A stretch of 64,000 nucleotides of DNA. Origin: a virus. The notes under the pieces are model-generated. The model was not told the DNA's origin, made no database searches, and saw only the letters and a program-made list of their open reading frames with translations. How positions within the stretch are numbered: the first letter of the stretch is position 1; each line of letters opens with the position of its first letter. Positions 32,480 through 42,719 of this stretch are shown piece after piece. Where the stretch lies: positions 10,897-74,896 of IMG/VR virus record IMGVR_UViG_3300018026_000007; one strand, 5' to 3'. A program made the position numbers and the translations under genes.

Positions 32480-35400
32480 GTGGCCGACGATCAAACACCG
32501 ACTCAGACACCTGCTGCGCCGCCCGCCGAACCTGCCGAAGGGGTTCTTCATTCCCTCGCAACTTCGGTTGGTATTGATCCCGAAGCGGTCAAGAGTGCCT
32601 GGCGCACGATTAAGGCGGACCCTGTCCAAGCGGCCAAGGAAATCGGCGGGGCGCAGGTCGATGAGTTTGTCGAAGCCGCCAAACATCCCGTGGGCGCAGC
32701 TATGCTCGCGCTTCATGGTGTTGTAAACTCCATTACTAACCCCGAAGCCCAGGCGCAAGCCAAAGCGCGACTGCACTCGCCAGGCATCATGAATAAGCTG
32801 ATCGGGGCTCAAGAGTACCTGACCAGCGGAATTCCGTTTGTTGGTGGTGGGTATGCGAAAGCCGAAGAGCAGGGCGCGCGCGGCAATCTCCCTGGCGCGA
32901 TAGGTACAATCGTCGGTACTACGGCTCCGATTTTGGCAGGCGAAGCCGCACGAGTACCAGAAGCCATTCATGAAGCTGGGGCAGAAGCCCGTGCAAGCAT
33001 GGCCGCTCGGCATGAAGCGCGCATCGCCGAAGCCAAGACGGGTGACGTTATCACTGTCCGCCCAGACGAACAAACTCTGCCGCCAGCCCCTGCAGAAGCC
33101 GCGCCAGAAGCTAAAGCGGCTGCAGCACCAGAAGCTAAAGTTGCCCCCGAAGGTGGAGTGGTTCCCACTCACATTGATTTCAGCAAGATCGGCGGCATCG
33201 AGCGTCGGGGCCCGACTACCTTTGGTCGCGGTCAGGGCTCGTTTCCCGACACAGTCAACACGACATTTCAAATCATGCGCGAACTCGAAACGCCGACTGG
33301 CACCGCGCCCGAGGCACCTGAGATTCGCACCGAAGGTCCTACGTGGGATCGCATGCATAGCGCGTACGTGGGTGATGAAAAAGTCGGCTCGGTCGGGTAT
33401 AAACTCGATCCCGAAGGCGAAGCCAAGATTTATGGCTCCCAAGTGAAGCCCGAGCTTCGCGGCAAGGGCATCGGCCAGAAGCTCTATCGGTCAGCGATTG
33501 AAGAAGCGCGCAACGCGGGCGCGACTCGCATCATGAGCGATCCGACCCATCTATCGCCCGACGCGGCGCGCGTGTGGGAGCGGCTACAAGGTCGCGGTCT
33601 GCCTGTCGAAAGCATTACACACCCCACGGGCGAGCCAGGGTATCAGATTGATTTCGAGAAACAAGCAGAACCGCCAGCCGCGACGCCCGAGCCTCAGTTC
33701 GAGCAAACTCTTGCCCGTCGTGGTCAACTGCCGAACCAAAAAGTGAATCTGAGCGACGCATATGGTGCCACTGGCAAGTATGTCGGCGGACTGGTGGATT
33801 ATCGACCTCCCGCAGACATGCCTGCCGCCAGCCCGCTGGAAGCAGCGAACAAACTGCATGGCGTGACACACGGTCCAGAACTGTTGCCGATTCCCGAGCA
33901 TCTAATGACGCCTGGCGGAACATCGCATGATACCATCACTCACGAACTGGCGCATGGCGTGGTTGCCGACTTAGTAGGGCTACCCACGGAAGGCGCAGAA
34001 GTTTACAGTCATTTGCATCCCGTGGCGACGGCGCGGGGGTCCGCCGCGACTATCGACCTCCCGTACCATAAGATTCCAGGCACTAGACAGGATTTTCTCA
34101 GCGGTGATGTGCATTTTCCGCGCCCCGTCCTGGAAGCAACCTGGCCGAAGTTCATTCCGACATATTTGGCTGGTGGCGTGGCGCAAGAACTTGTCCACGG
34201 CATTCCCTTCGAAAAGAATGAGGGAATGTATGGGGACTTGGAAGGGCTGCACCATATTGGCAAGATGATGGGCTTCACGCGCGCCGAAACGCAGGACATG
34301 ATTAACGCAGGCATTCAGCAGACGCGCGACCTATTGAACCATCCCGAGACTCTTGAGATACTCAGGAAATCGGCGGGCGAGCGCGAAGAAGGTCTGCCGA
34401 GAACGCTGCATGCCAGCGCGGATAAAGTTCAAGATGTTATTCGACAAGTAAGGGAGGCACGACATGAACCAATCATTACTGAAGCTGGGGCTGAACATGG
34501 CGCAGTCCCTGCGGAAGCTGAACCCCGAGCAGCAGGAGCAGGCGCGGAAAAAGATGTACGAGAAGACTACGGGCAAGGAATATCGCCCCGCGCAGAAGCA
34601 AGAAAAGTAGGTGCGGAATACCATCCCGACCTGCAAAAATTGGCAGATCAATTTGGCGTCGATTCCGATGCCGAGAAAATACGAAACGGCGCGTCATTCA
34701 TCGCACCAGACGGAAAGTTCATTCATTTAAGTGGTGGGGCAACACATGACGCAGCGATTGATTGGGCGACGGGGCGGGGAGTCACCAAAGAAGCTCCCGA
34801 TAATCGAGTGGCGTTTTTGCGCGATACGGGTGCAGTTCGCACTCGCTTCACAACTGGCAAAGCAGGCAACCAACTTGCCGTTTCTGTTCCGAAGGCTGGT
34901 ATTACGCCCGAGCAAGTGAATGCTCTCAAACAGGCGGTCGGTCAAGGGCTAGGCCGAAACGGAAATCTCACGATGGAAATCGGAGAGCCAAGCGGAGCGG
35001 CGGCGGGGCCTAAAGAATTTGCCACTCCAAAAGATGTCGAGCCAATGTTGAAACAGATTGGCGCACATCCCGAACAAGCCGTTACCCCGAAGCTAGATGC
35101 TCGCAAGCGCGCCGCCATTCAGAATAACGTCACGCCGATTGAACATACCACAGCAAACGACCTGATGTTCGAGCAGGGGAAGAAAGATTGGGCGGCCCGC
35201 GCGGCAGAGTCTGTCAAGACGGGCGGCTTCACGATTCATCCAGAGACTGGTCATATTCCTGAAGAGGGGCATGTGATTGAAGTGGCACCTGAGCAGCGCA
35301 AAGCGTTGCCAGCCACCCCAACCAAGGAAGACATCGAACAGTTTCATGCAGAGCGCAAGCCGCTGTTCCAACAGCATCCCGAGTTGCATGTGGGCGGCTA

Positions 35401-38053
35401 CGGGAATGAATTAAATGTGAGCGCGGTCGGCACACCCGAAGGTGCGAAGCTGGTCGGCAACAAACTGGACCAGGAAGCGGGCTGGGATGCCAAGAATAAA
35501 GAACTCGTGCCGTATGAAGGTAAAGGTAAACAGACTTCGTTCCCTGGCTATCCGCTTGAGCAGCGACTGAAGGAACTCGGGACGCCAGAAGGTGGCACGA
35601 TTTCTCCGATTCTTGAGGCGCGCAAAGCACCAGAAGAGCCGACGCTGCCGCTGTCCCAATTCAAAATCATTGGCGGCAAAGAAGAAGAATTCCAACAGGC
35701 AGTGAAGAACTCCCCGTTCGCGGGCATTAGCAAGCGCGGGCTGACCGTGAACTTGACACGATTCCAGAAGCCAGAACAGAAGGGTGAACAAGCTGGGCGT
35801 GGTGGCGTCTTCTATTTGGGCGGCGAAGGCGGAGCAGGTTACTATGCTCGCAAAACAGTGGGCGGAATGCCTGTGCCATACGGCGGCCCAGAAGAAATGC
35901 GCGGACGAACTACGTTCCAGAACCCGCTGATTGTGAAGGGTGGATTTGGCGGGCATATGCAAGAAAAAGCCATAGATGCATTATCTGGTGGGGCCAAAAC
36001 ACTGAGGGGACTTTTCATTGCCGCTCATACTGCAGCACAATTCAAAGCGGGCGATGAACAAGTTCAGGCAATCGCCGATGTATTGAAACAATATGGTGGA
36101 AATCCTCAATCCGCTTATGATATATGGGCGGGGTCAAGAAGCACTCAGCAAATAGCCGCAGCGGTCTACGACCATGTGGTAGGACAAATGGCAAAAGACG
36201 CAGGACATGATGCCATCATTGGCTACTACAAAAAGCCAGGTGGCGGCTATCGTATTTCGGAAGTCTTCGACCTAACTGCTGAAACATTCCCAGAGAAGTC
36301 AGAACCCAAGGGTGCGACGACGGTGCTGCAAAAGCATCCGCTTGTAATCGAAGGGACGGGACCTGGCGGACGTACGACGGTCGTCGATTTGGCAAGCGCG
36401 TTGAACGAATGGTCGCAAGCGGGATTGAAACCCAAGAAGGAAATCAGTGTTGCTCTTGACCGCGCTCGGGCCGAACTACAATATCAATTGGCGCAGGACA
36501 ACAGCGGGCTAAACTGGTACAAGTCCGATGTGAAAGACGCCATCGGGCACCTGCAGGCAAATGGATTCCCTGAGTTGAAAGACCCTGTCCAGGACAAACT
36601 ATTCCGCGTTCTGTGGGGAGTCACTTCGTACGGCGTTGACCCCGATGTCAATCTGACTTCGGCGGCGGAAGCCTGGAAGCAATACAAGGAAACTGGCAAG
36701 ATTCCGCTCAAGGCGGACGCGAAAACTAACTGGCCTGGCTACAGCGGCATCAAGGGTAGCATCACGCTCTTGAACAAACTGATCGACGAGAAGGGCGAAC
36801 AGGGCGCGGTCGATTGGCTGCTCTCGAAGCATCCCGTGAGCGAGATTCGCGAACAGAAATTGAAGACCCATGAAGTTCATGGTGTAGCTGGAAAAGCGGG
36901 CGAAGAAAAATATGGAGCCTTTATCTTCGGTCCCAAAGGCGGACCATACACACTCAGTCTGCAGGGTATTACTGACCACACGACCGTTGACGTGTGGGGC
37001 GCGCGCATGATTCGTCGTTGGACTGGCACGCTGACGCCCGAGAGCATGATCCAGCCCGTGACGCCAGGAGAGGCGCGGAAGTTTCATCAGGTAGTTGAGA
37101 ACGTCGGCAAAGAGTTTGGACTTGACACGTCGGATGTCCAGGCGGTACTATGGGGGTACGAGCACGATCTATACGAAGCTCACGGCGCGGGCGAAGCCGC
37201 GAAGAGTTACAAGGGAGCAGCAGAAAAATATGTCACAAGACAAAAAGAAGGAAACACCCGAGACTTCATCCGAGAGCAATCAGGTCTTTTCGCCGAAAAA
37301 TATGCAAGACCGATGGAACAAGCTCAAGGCGGCAGGGAAAGTGCCCCCGCTGGCGGACCTGCTGAAAGTCGTACAGAAGGGCTGATGGAGGGTCTCTCCC
37401 GTCTCGGCAAGCCCGCTGAACCAAGCGAAGCTGCCGAGCCCGAAGAGGGCGATACTTCCTTTCAGTTTGGCGCGAATGTTCTCAAGGGCTTGGAAAAACC
37501 TGGCTCCGCAGCCAAGAAGCCCATCCCAACAAAACTCAAGCAAACCAAGACGGTCGCGGATAATATGAACGATCCCGACACCCGTTTCAATGCTGCCCGT
37601 CATGAGGCAGCGCACGCCGTCATTAGCGAAGCACTGAATCCTGGCTCTGTCAACATGACTGGACTCACGGCTGGTGGTGGCGTGACCGACATCCAGCCGC
37701 CCGCTGGAAAGCAAACCGTGGGTCAACTCTCGCCCGACGAGGTTCGCAATATGATCGCCACGTCGTACGCGGGTGGTCTCTCGGAACAGGGCGGCACGAC
37801 CGCGCGGCATGCGAGCGGCGATGTGGCAGCACGAGCCCAGGTCCTGGCGGGCAGGGGAACAGCGGCATTTGGGCAGGCTCCTGAACTGCAGGCGGAAGCG
37901 CGGGCCCGTGTGAATGCGTTGCTGGCTGATCCTGCGGTGCAACAGCACATCAACACGTTGACGACACACATCACGACCAAGGGAAAGCTCTCGGGTGATG
38001 AAGTCCGCGCGATTTTGAAGGGGCAAACGCAGTCCTTGACACCCGTGCGGTAA
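32480..38053 (+). CDS. Large polyvalent protein (GNAT, two HExxH metallopeptidase domains, ART-like, HhH-glycosylase-like)
   Basis: VKPELRGKGIGQKLY; HELAH and HEAAH each followed by a (Y/L)AGG..E and D; GVFY..GHDAII..E; GPK..TVDVWGAR..VQAVLW. Confidence 0.75.
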   Translation: MADDQTPTQTPAAPPAEPAEGVLHSLATSVGIDPEAVKSAWRTIKADPVQAAKEIGGAQVDEFVEAAKHPVGAAMLALHGVVNSITNPEAQAQAKARLHSPGIMNKLIGAQEYLTSGIPFVGGGYAKAEEQGARGNLPGAIGTIVGTTAPILAGEAARVPEAIHEAGAEARASMAARHEARIAEAKTGDVITVRPDEQTLPPAPAEAAPEAKAAAAPEAKVAPEGGVVPTHIDFSKIGGIERRGPTTFGRGQGSFPDTVNTTFQIMRELETPTGTAPEAPEIRTEGPTWDRMHSAYVGDEKVGSVGYKLDPEGEAKIYGSQVKPELRGKGIGQKLYRSAIEEARNAGATRIMSDPTHLSPDAARVWERLQGRGLPVESITHPTGEPGYQIDFEKQAEPPAATPEPQFEQTLARRGQLPNQKVNLSDAYGATGKYVGGLVDYRPPADMPAASPLEAANKLHGVTHGPELLPIPEHLMTPGGTSHDTITHELAHGVVADLVGLPTEGAEVYSHLHPVATARGSAATIDLPYHKIPGTRQDFLSGDVHFPRPVLEATWPKFIPTYLAGGVAQELVHGIPFEKNEGMYGDLEGLHHIGKMMGFTRAETQDMINAGIQQTRDLLNHPETLEILRKSAGEREEGLPRTLHASADKVQDVIRQVREARHEPIITEAGAEHGAVPAEAEPRAAGAGAEKDVREDYGQGISPRAEARKVGAEYHPDLQKLADQFGVDSDAEKIRNGASFIAPDGKFIHLSGGATHDAAIDWATGRGVTKEAPDNRVAFLRDTGAVRTRFTTGKAGNQLAVSVPKAGITPEQVNALKQAVGQGLGRNGNLTMEIGEPSGAAAGPKEFATPKDVEPMLKQIGAHPEQAVTPKLDARKRAAIQNNVTPIEHTTANDLMFEQGKKDWAARAAESVKTGGFTIHPETGHIPEEGHVIEVAPEQRKALPATPTKEDIEQFHAERKPLFQQHPELHVGGYGNELNVSAVGTPEGAKLVGNKLDQEAGWDAKNKELVPYEGKGKQTSFPGYPLEQRLKELGTPEGGTISPILEARKAPEEPTLPLSQFKIIGGKEEEFQQAVKNSPFAGISKRGLTVNLTRFQKPEQKGEQAGRGGVFYLGGEGGAGYYARKTVGGMPVPYGGPEEMRGRTTFQNPLIVKGGFGGHMQEKAIDALSGGAKTLRGLFIAAHTAAQFKAGDEQVQAIADVLKQYGGNPQSAYDIWAGSRSTQQIAAAVYDHVVGQMAKDAGHDAIIGYYKKPGGGYRISEVFDLTAETFPEKSEPKGATTVLQKHPLVIEGTGPGGRTTVVDLASALNEWSQAGLKPKKEISVALDRARAELQYQLAQDNSGLNWYKSDVKDAIGHLQANGFPELKDPVQDKLFRVLWGVTSYGVDPDVNLTSAAEAWKQYKETGKIPLKADAKTNWPGYSGIKGSITLLNKLIDEKGEQGAVDWLLSKHPVSEIREQKLKTHEVHGVAGKAGEEKYGAFIFGPKGGPYTLSLQGITDHTTVDVWGARMIRRWTGTLTPESMIQPVTPGEARKFHQVVENVGKEFGLDTSDVQAVLWGYEHDLYEAHGAGEAAKSYKGAAEKYVTRQKEGNTRDFIREQSGLFAEKYARPMEQAQGGRESAPAGGPAESRTEGLMEGLSRLGKPAEPSEAAEPEEGDTSFQFGANVLKGLEKPGSAAKKPIPTKLKQTKTVADNMNDPDTRFNAARHEAAHAVISEALNPGSVNMTGLTAGGGVTDIQPPAGKQTVGQLSPDEVRNMIATSYAGGLSEQGGTTARHASGDVAARAQVLAGRGTAAFGQAPELQAEARARVNALLADPAVQQHINTLTTHITTKGKLSGDEVRAILKGQTQSLTPVR
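34464..34610 (+). CDS. Nested +1-frame ORF (48 aa) inside the polyvalent gene
   Basis: TAAGGGAGG SD 6 nt before ATG; helical peptide MNQSLLKLGLNMAQSLRKLNPEQQEQARKKMYEK... Confidence 0.55.
   Translation: MNQSLLKLGLNMAQSLRKLNPEQQEQARKKMYEKTTGKEYRPAQKQEK
37230..37385 (+). CDS. Nested +1-frame ORF (51 aa) inside the polyvalent gene
   Basis: AAGGGAG 12 nt upstream; amphipathic MQDRWNKLKAAGKVPPLADLLKVVQKG. Confidence 0.45.
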   Translation: MSQDKKKETPETSSESNQVFSPKNMQDRWNKLKAAGKVPPLADLLKVVQKG

Positions 38054-38070
38054 GCGTGTAACATAGGGGT

Positions 38071-38316
38071 ATGTTCGACCACGTCCTGCTGGTCTTACTT
38101 CTCCTAGCCGACATCCTGTGCTGGTATGAAGCGCGGCGGTCGGGCAATGTCATGCAACTCTATTTTAGGGAGCGGCATCGATGGTACGCAGCGAGAGCCA
38201 AAAAGACCGAGCCAAAGACCTCCGAATCCAGCGTAAATTTGGCATCACTCTCGCCGACCGTAACGAGCGAGCCCGCCAACAAGACGGCAAATGCAAAATC
38301 TGCGGTGGTCCCCTAG
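38071..38316 (+). CDS. Small membrane protein overlapping the endonuclease VII gene
   Basis: N-terminal hydrophobic helix, AGGGG SD. Confidence 0.45.
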   Translation: MFDHVLLVLLLLADILCWYEARRSGNVMQLYFRERHRWYAARAKKTEPKTSESSVNLASLSPTVTSEPANKTANAKSAVVP

Positions 38317-38648
38317 ATGCGCATGGGCACCCGTGTGTGGATCACTTCCATTTTAAGGTGTGCGCGACCAGGCAAACCGATCCCCATATGATCGCTATGG
38401 GTTTGAAATGGTTCGCCCAAGGTTGCGACGAACAGCGCAAAGTTGTTTTTTCGAAACACGCGCGCACCAAAGCGGCAGCAATCGCAGGTGTGAAAAAAGA
38501 AATGATGCCGCAGTCGATTCGAGGAATTCTGTGCGGGAAGTGCAACTACGGGTTGGGATACATCGAGCGATTTTTCGATGCAGCGGCGCATCCAGAAAAT
38601 TTGCAGCCCGTGATGGATTATCTCTTTGCTCGACTAAAAAAGTCTTGA
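38181..38648 (+). CDS. Endonuclease VII-like protein
   Basis: KFGITL, QDGKCKICG, VDHFH, RGILCGKCNYGLG. Confidence 0.8.
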   Translation: MVRSESQKDRAKDLRIQRKFGITLADRNERARQQDGKCKICGGPLDAHGHPCVDHFHFKVCATRQTDPHMIAMGLKWFAQGCDEQRKVVFSKHARTKAAAIAGVKKEMMPQSIRGILCGKCNYGLGYIERFFDAAAHPENLQPVMDYLFARLKKS

Positions 38649-38673
38649 CATTGGGCTAGTACTGCCGCACTAT
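38645..38673 (+). promoter_or_regulatory. Sigma70-type promoter
   Basis: TTGACA-17-CACTAT. Confidence 0.6.
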
Positions 38674-38691
38674 ATAGACCTGGAGACTAAA

Positions 38692-39432
38692 ATGTCCGAT
38701 ACACCTGCCATGTCCTTCCTGAAAACCCATGAACGTCTAATTATTATTGTTTTGAGCTTGTTGGCCAGTCTGTATTTTGTGCATCGCGGCTTGAACGCCT
38801 GGGAAGCTCACGACCAGCGAACCGACATCTTGGCTCATGCCAAGCTCCAAGCGGACACCGATGCCGTCAAACAGATTGCGGCGGATAATGCGAAAGCTGC
38901 CGCCCAATACCAGACTCTCGCGACCCAACTCGCCGCTGCAAACAAGGCACTGGCGAACGCGCAGGCTACACGCAACGCCGTGACGCAAACTCAACAAGCC
39001 GCCGACCGAACACTCCCCCCGAATGAACTGGGCAAACGATGGGCAGCTTTGTTGAATGCTGCGCCTGAGTCCATTCAAGTCGAGCCTGGGGGTAAGGGTA
39101 TTCCCGATGCATTGTTGGTGACACCCGCAGCGGCGATAGAAACGGTCGTGCAACTCGAAAGTGTGCCGACTCTGCAGGCCGACCTGAAGGACGAACAGAC
39201 CATCGCCACCAATCAGACAACGCAACTCACGAGCCTGGCATCCATTAACGTCGGGCTGAATAAGCAAATCGATGCACTGAACATCGAGAATGTCGCGGCA
39301 GCAAATGCATGCACTGACGACAAAAATTTACTGAAGGCGCAGGCACGCAAATCCAAGCTGCATTGGTTCGAAGCGGGCGTTGTTGTTGGGTTCATCGGAC
39401 GCCAAATAATCAAGACTTATACTGGCTTTTAA
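38692..39432 (+). CDS. Spanin-like coiled-coil membrane protein
   Basis: N-terminal TM, long Ala/Gln coiled coil, C-terminal hydrophobic segment. Confidence 0.5.
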   Translation: MSDTPAMSFLKTHERLIIIVLSLLASLYFVHRGLNAWEAHDQRTDILAHAKLQADTDAVKQIAADNAKAAAQYQTLATQLAAANKALANAQATRNAVTQTQQAADRTLPPNELGKRWAALLNAAPESIQVEPGGKGIPDALLVTPAAAIETVVQLESVPTLQADLKDEQTIATNQTTQLTSLASINVGLNKQIDALNIENVAAANACTDDKNLLKAQARKSKLHWFEAGVVVGFIGRQIIKTYTGF

Positions 39433-39440
39433 GGGGGCTT

Positions 39441-39746
39441 ATGCCGCTACCTGCGGGTTTCAGAGTGAACGGGGCGAAAGTCTTGTCCACAAATCAGATG
39501 CCGATCCCTCCAATGGTTCAGAAAATCATCGCGTTTCTTGATAAGTTGCCGTTCGGTGATATCGTGACGACTATGGAACTTGGAGAGCAGATGGGCCTGT
39601 CACCATCAGGCTCTCAACTCCGACATCCCATTCTGCGAGACTACCGCGAGAAGGTTGACCAGAAACTGTTCTGGGGCAGCACAAAGAGCATTGCAAAGTT
39701 GCGTGCGCAGTTGACAGAACCCGAGGAAACCAATGGCGAAAATTAA
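39441..39746 (+). CDS. Hypothetical protein
   Basis: AAGGGGG SD; overlaps next start. Confidence 0.55.
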   Translation: MPLPAGFRVNGAKVLSTNQMPIPPMVQKIIAFLDKLPFGDIVTTMELGEQMGLSPSGSQLRHPILRDYREKVDQKLFWGSTKSIAKLRAQLTEPEETNGEN

Positions 39747-40788
39747 GGATGTAGTGGCAAAAGCAAAACCCGTCTCCGAAAAGGCAAAAGTTGATCTTGC
39801 TCTGCAGGCGTTGCGGGACAAGCGTGAAGGGAAAGAAGTCCAAATCCATGCGCTGCAGGAGAAAGTGGTGCAACTCGAAACTGAGTTGCATACGATTACC
39901 GACTTCCGCCAGTTAACTCCCCAGGCATCCGAGATTCACCCCCACGTATCGACGGGCACGAGCGAATCGGCAGCGGTCGCGGTATGGTCCGACCACCACA
40001 ATGAAGAGAAAGTGGACCCAGGTCAAGTCAGCGGCAAGAATGAATTCAATCTCGAAATCTATGACCGCCGATTCTCCCAGTTGGTTCATGGTACGTTGGC
40101 GTGGCTGGGCATCGAGCAACAAAAAACAAATATCCACACTCTGGTCATTGCACTACTGGGCGACTTTTTCAACAACAACATTCACGAAGACGCGGCTGAG
40201 TCCAATCTTCTCGCGCCAATGGATGCGGCGTACAATGCGCAGAATCACTTGATCGGCGGCATCGATTACATTCTGGCGCACACCCCAAAAGACCTGGAGC
40301 TTCTCGTTGTCTGCCACAGCGGCAATCACGCGCGGACAACAAAGAAACAGCGCATCGCAACCGAAGCGGGAAACTCGCTGGAAAACTACATGTACTACGT
40401 GATGCGGGACCACTACAAAGACAACCCGCGCATAAAATTCCAGGTCGCGACTGGCTATCACTCGTATGTCACCTTCTTCGACAAGTATGTGGTGCGGTTC
40501 CACCATGGACACCAGATTAACTACCAGGGAGGCGTTGGAGGCATAACCATCCCCGTGAACAAGGCCATCGCGCAGTGGAACAAAGCGCGGGTCGCGAATC
40601 TCGACGTGTTCGGCCACTTCCACACCAAATTTGACGGCGGAAATTTCATTTGCAACGGTAGCCTGATCGGCTATAATGCTTACGCTGTTTCGATCAAGGC
40701 ATCGTTTGAGAAGCCGAGCCAAACTATCTTCCTTGTGAACAAAAAGTTCATGGAGAAGACGATGACTGCACCAATTTTCCTTGAGTAG
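39733..40788 (+). CDS. Calcineurin-like metallophosphoesterase
   Basis: SDHH, LGD, GNH, HHGH, GHFH motifs. Confidence 0.85.
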   Translation: MAKIKDVVAKAKPVSEKAKVDLALQALRDKREGKEVQIHALQEKVVQLETELHTITDFRQLTPQASEIHPHVSTGTSESAAVAVWSDHHNEEKVDPGQVSGKNEFNLEIYDRRFSQLVHGTLAWLGIEQQKTNIHTLVIALLGDFFNNNIHEDAAESNLLAPMDAAYNAQNHLIGGIDYILAHTPKDLELLVVCHSGNHARTTKKQRIATEAGNSLENYMYYVMRDHYKDNPRIKFQVATGYHSYVTFFDKYVVRFHHGHQINYQGGVGGITIPVNKAIAQWNKARVANLDVFGHFHTKFDGGNFICNGSLIGYNAYAVSIKASFEKPSQTIFLVNKKFMEKTMTAPIFLE

Positions 40789-40809
40789 TCGCCCAGTTCG
40801 GAGGCATCC

Positions 40810-41826
40810 GTGAGCAGCAAAGACGAAGTGTCTACAAATCTATCTGACGTGGTCGCAGGCATCGAAAAGCAACACGGCAAGGGTTCTATCATGATGCTGG
40901 GCAGCAAGGAATTTGTGCCCATCGATGTGATCCCCACGTCATCGCTGGCTCTCGACGAAGCTCTGGGCGTCGGCGGGCTTCCACGCGGGCGCGTTGTTGA
41001 AATCTACGGGCCCGAGTCGGGCGGCAAGACCACTCTGGCACTCCACATCATCGCCGAAGCGCAAAAACTCGGCGGTAAGGCAGCCTTCGTAGACGCCGAG
41101 CATGCCCTGGACCCAGTCTACGCTCGCAAGCTGGGCGTCGATGTTGACCACCTGCTGGTGTCTCAGCCCGATAACGGAGAACAGGCACTGGAAATCACAG
41201 AGTCCTTGATTCAGTCGGGCAAAATCGCCATCATCGTGGTTGATTCGGTGGCGGCCCTAGTGCCGAAGGCCGAACTTGAAGGCGATATGGGTGATCCGCA
41301 GATGGGACTTCAGGCGCGCCTGATGTCACAAGCTCTGCGCAAGCTCACGGGCATCACGAATCAGACCAAGACGGTGCTGATTTTCATCAATCAGATTCGC
41401 GAAAAGATCGGCGTGATGTTCGGCAATCCCGAGACAACGACGGGCGGGCGCGCTCTGAAGTTTTATGCATCCGTCCGCCTAGATATCCGCAAGATCGGGG
41501 TCATCAAAGATGGCGACAAGGTGATTGGTGCCGACACCCGTATCAAAGTTGTCAAGAATAAAGTTGCCAGCCCATTTCGTGAAGCGGAAGTCCGCATCCT
41601 GTATGGGTACGGCATCTCGCACGAGACTGATTTGCTGCGCCTGGGCGAGCAGCATAAGGTTCTCGAAAAGAGCGGCACTTGGTTTTCATATAGGGACGAG
41701 CGACTGGGACAAGGGGAAGAAAGAGCCCGTTTGTTTTTGGTCGAACATCCCGAAGTCGCGGGCAAGATTGAAACAGAACTGCGCAAGCTAATCTTCAAAA
41801 ACGAGGTGAAAGATGTCTCAAAGTGA
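40810..41826 (+). CDS. recA: Recombinase RecA
   Basis: [44 protein letters not shown]. Confidence 0.97.
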   Translation: MSSKDEVSTNLSDVVAGIEKQHGKGSIMMLGSKEFVPIDVIPTSSLALDEALGVGGLPRGRVVEIYGPESGGKTTLALHIIAEAQKLGGKAAFVDAEHALDPVYARKLGVDVDHLLVSQPDNGEQALEITESLIQSGKIAIIVVDSVAALVPKAELEGDMGDPQMGLQARLMSQALRKLTGITNQTKTVLIFINQIREKIGVMFGNPETTTGGRALKFYASVRLDIRKIGVIKDGDKVIGADTRIKVVKNKVASPFREAEVRILYGYGISHETDLLRLGEQHKVLEKSGTWFSYRDERLGQGEERARLFLVEHPEVAGKIETELRKLIFKNEVKDVSK

Positions 41827-42268
41827 AAAAGCAACGTATTTTGTTTCCAGCGGAAACTCTGGCCCGATAATCGCGCCTGGGCATATAATCGCGCCTGGGC
41901 ATATAATCTGCGTTACAAATCCGCTTCTGCCTGCCGACCCCCAAGAACGGAAGCAGATTCCGATAGGGACAGGAGTGCTGGACTATTTCCCAGCCGCTCT
42001 GGCCGAAGTCGCCAAGGTCTCGTTTCATGGCAACCAGCAGCATAATCCTGGCGAGCCGCTACATTGGGCGCGCGGGAAGAGCACCGACCAGGCCGATACC
42101 ATTGTCCGCCACTACCTGGAGCGTGGCAAGATCGATACTGATGGCATGCGGCACTCCGCGAAGCTCGCATGGCGTGCCCTGGCCTTGCTGCAACTCGAAC
42201 TCGAAGCCGAAGGCGCGCCTATTGCGCGTGGTGCCAAGCTCCCAGACGTTAAAGTGGAGGGGAAATAA
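41813..42268 (+). CDS. DUF5664-type dATP/dGTP diphosphohydrolase
   Basis: [37 protein letters not shown]. Confidence 0.75.
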   Translation: MSQSEKATYFVSSGNSGPIIAPGHIIAPGHIICVTNPLLPADPQERKQIPIGTGVLDYFPAALAEVAKVSFHGNQQHNPGEPLHWARGKSTDQADTIVRHYLERGKIDTDGMRHSAKLAWRALALLQLELEAEGAPIARGAKLPDVKVEGK

Positions 42269-42714
42269 TGAGCACTCTTAGCGACCGTTTCATTACTGCC
42301 TTTGAAGATTTTCAAGCCGAAGCGGCGACCATTAACCAGAAAAACGGGTTCACCAATCAAGATTCCCGTCTCAGACAACTACAAGCCTACCTCATTGGCC
42401 TGGATCGATGTGAATTTCTTCCGCTTCTAGAGCAATATGAGAACGCCCGCATTGGTTTGAAGCTGGCTCTTGTCACGAGTGAACTCAGCGAAGCCCTCGA
42501 AGCAGTCAGGACAAACGCGGAGGCGGACGATCATATCCCTGACTTCACAGCAGAAGAGGCCGAGATTGCTGACGCCGTGATCCGTCTCATGAACTACGCC
42601 ACCGACCGCAAGTTGCGACTAGCGGACGCCATCGTGGCGAAGAATGAGTACAACCGCAATCGTCCCGACCACCGCCCAGAAAATCGTGCGTTCCCCCACG
42701 GCAAAAAATTCTAA
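42268..42714 (+). CDS. MazG-like nucleotide pyrophosphohydrolase
   Basis: SELSEALEA..EIADAVIRL..K.EYN..R..HGKKF. Confidence 0.85.
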   Translation: MSTLSDRFITAFEDFQAEAATINQKNGFTNQDSRLRQLQAYLIGLDRCEFLPLLEQYENARIGLKLALVTSELSEALEAVRTNAEADDHIPDFTAEEAEIADAVIRLMNYATDRKLRLADAIVAKNEYNRNRPDHRPENRAFPHGKKF

Positions 42715-42719
42715 CGGAG

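Noticed and set aside
32970-33446. Further nested +1 ORF in the polyvalent gene
   Set aside because: No SD, and it reads as a typical off-frame R/P/K-rich product
41813-42714. 2-aminoadenine (Z) genome
   Set aside because: No PurZ or DatZ recognisable in the window; DUF5664 and MazG alone are insufficient
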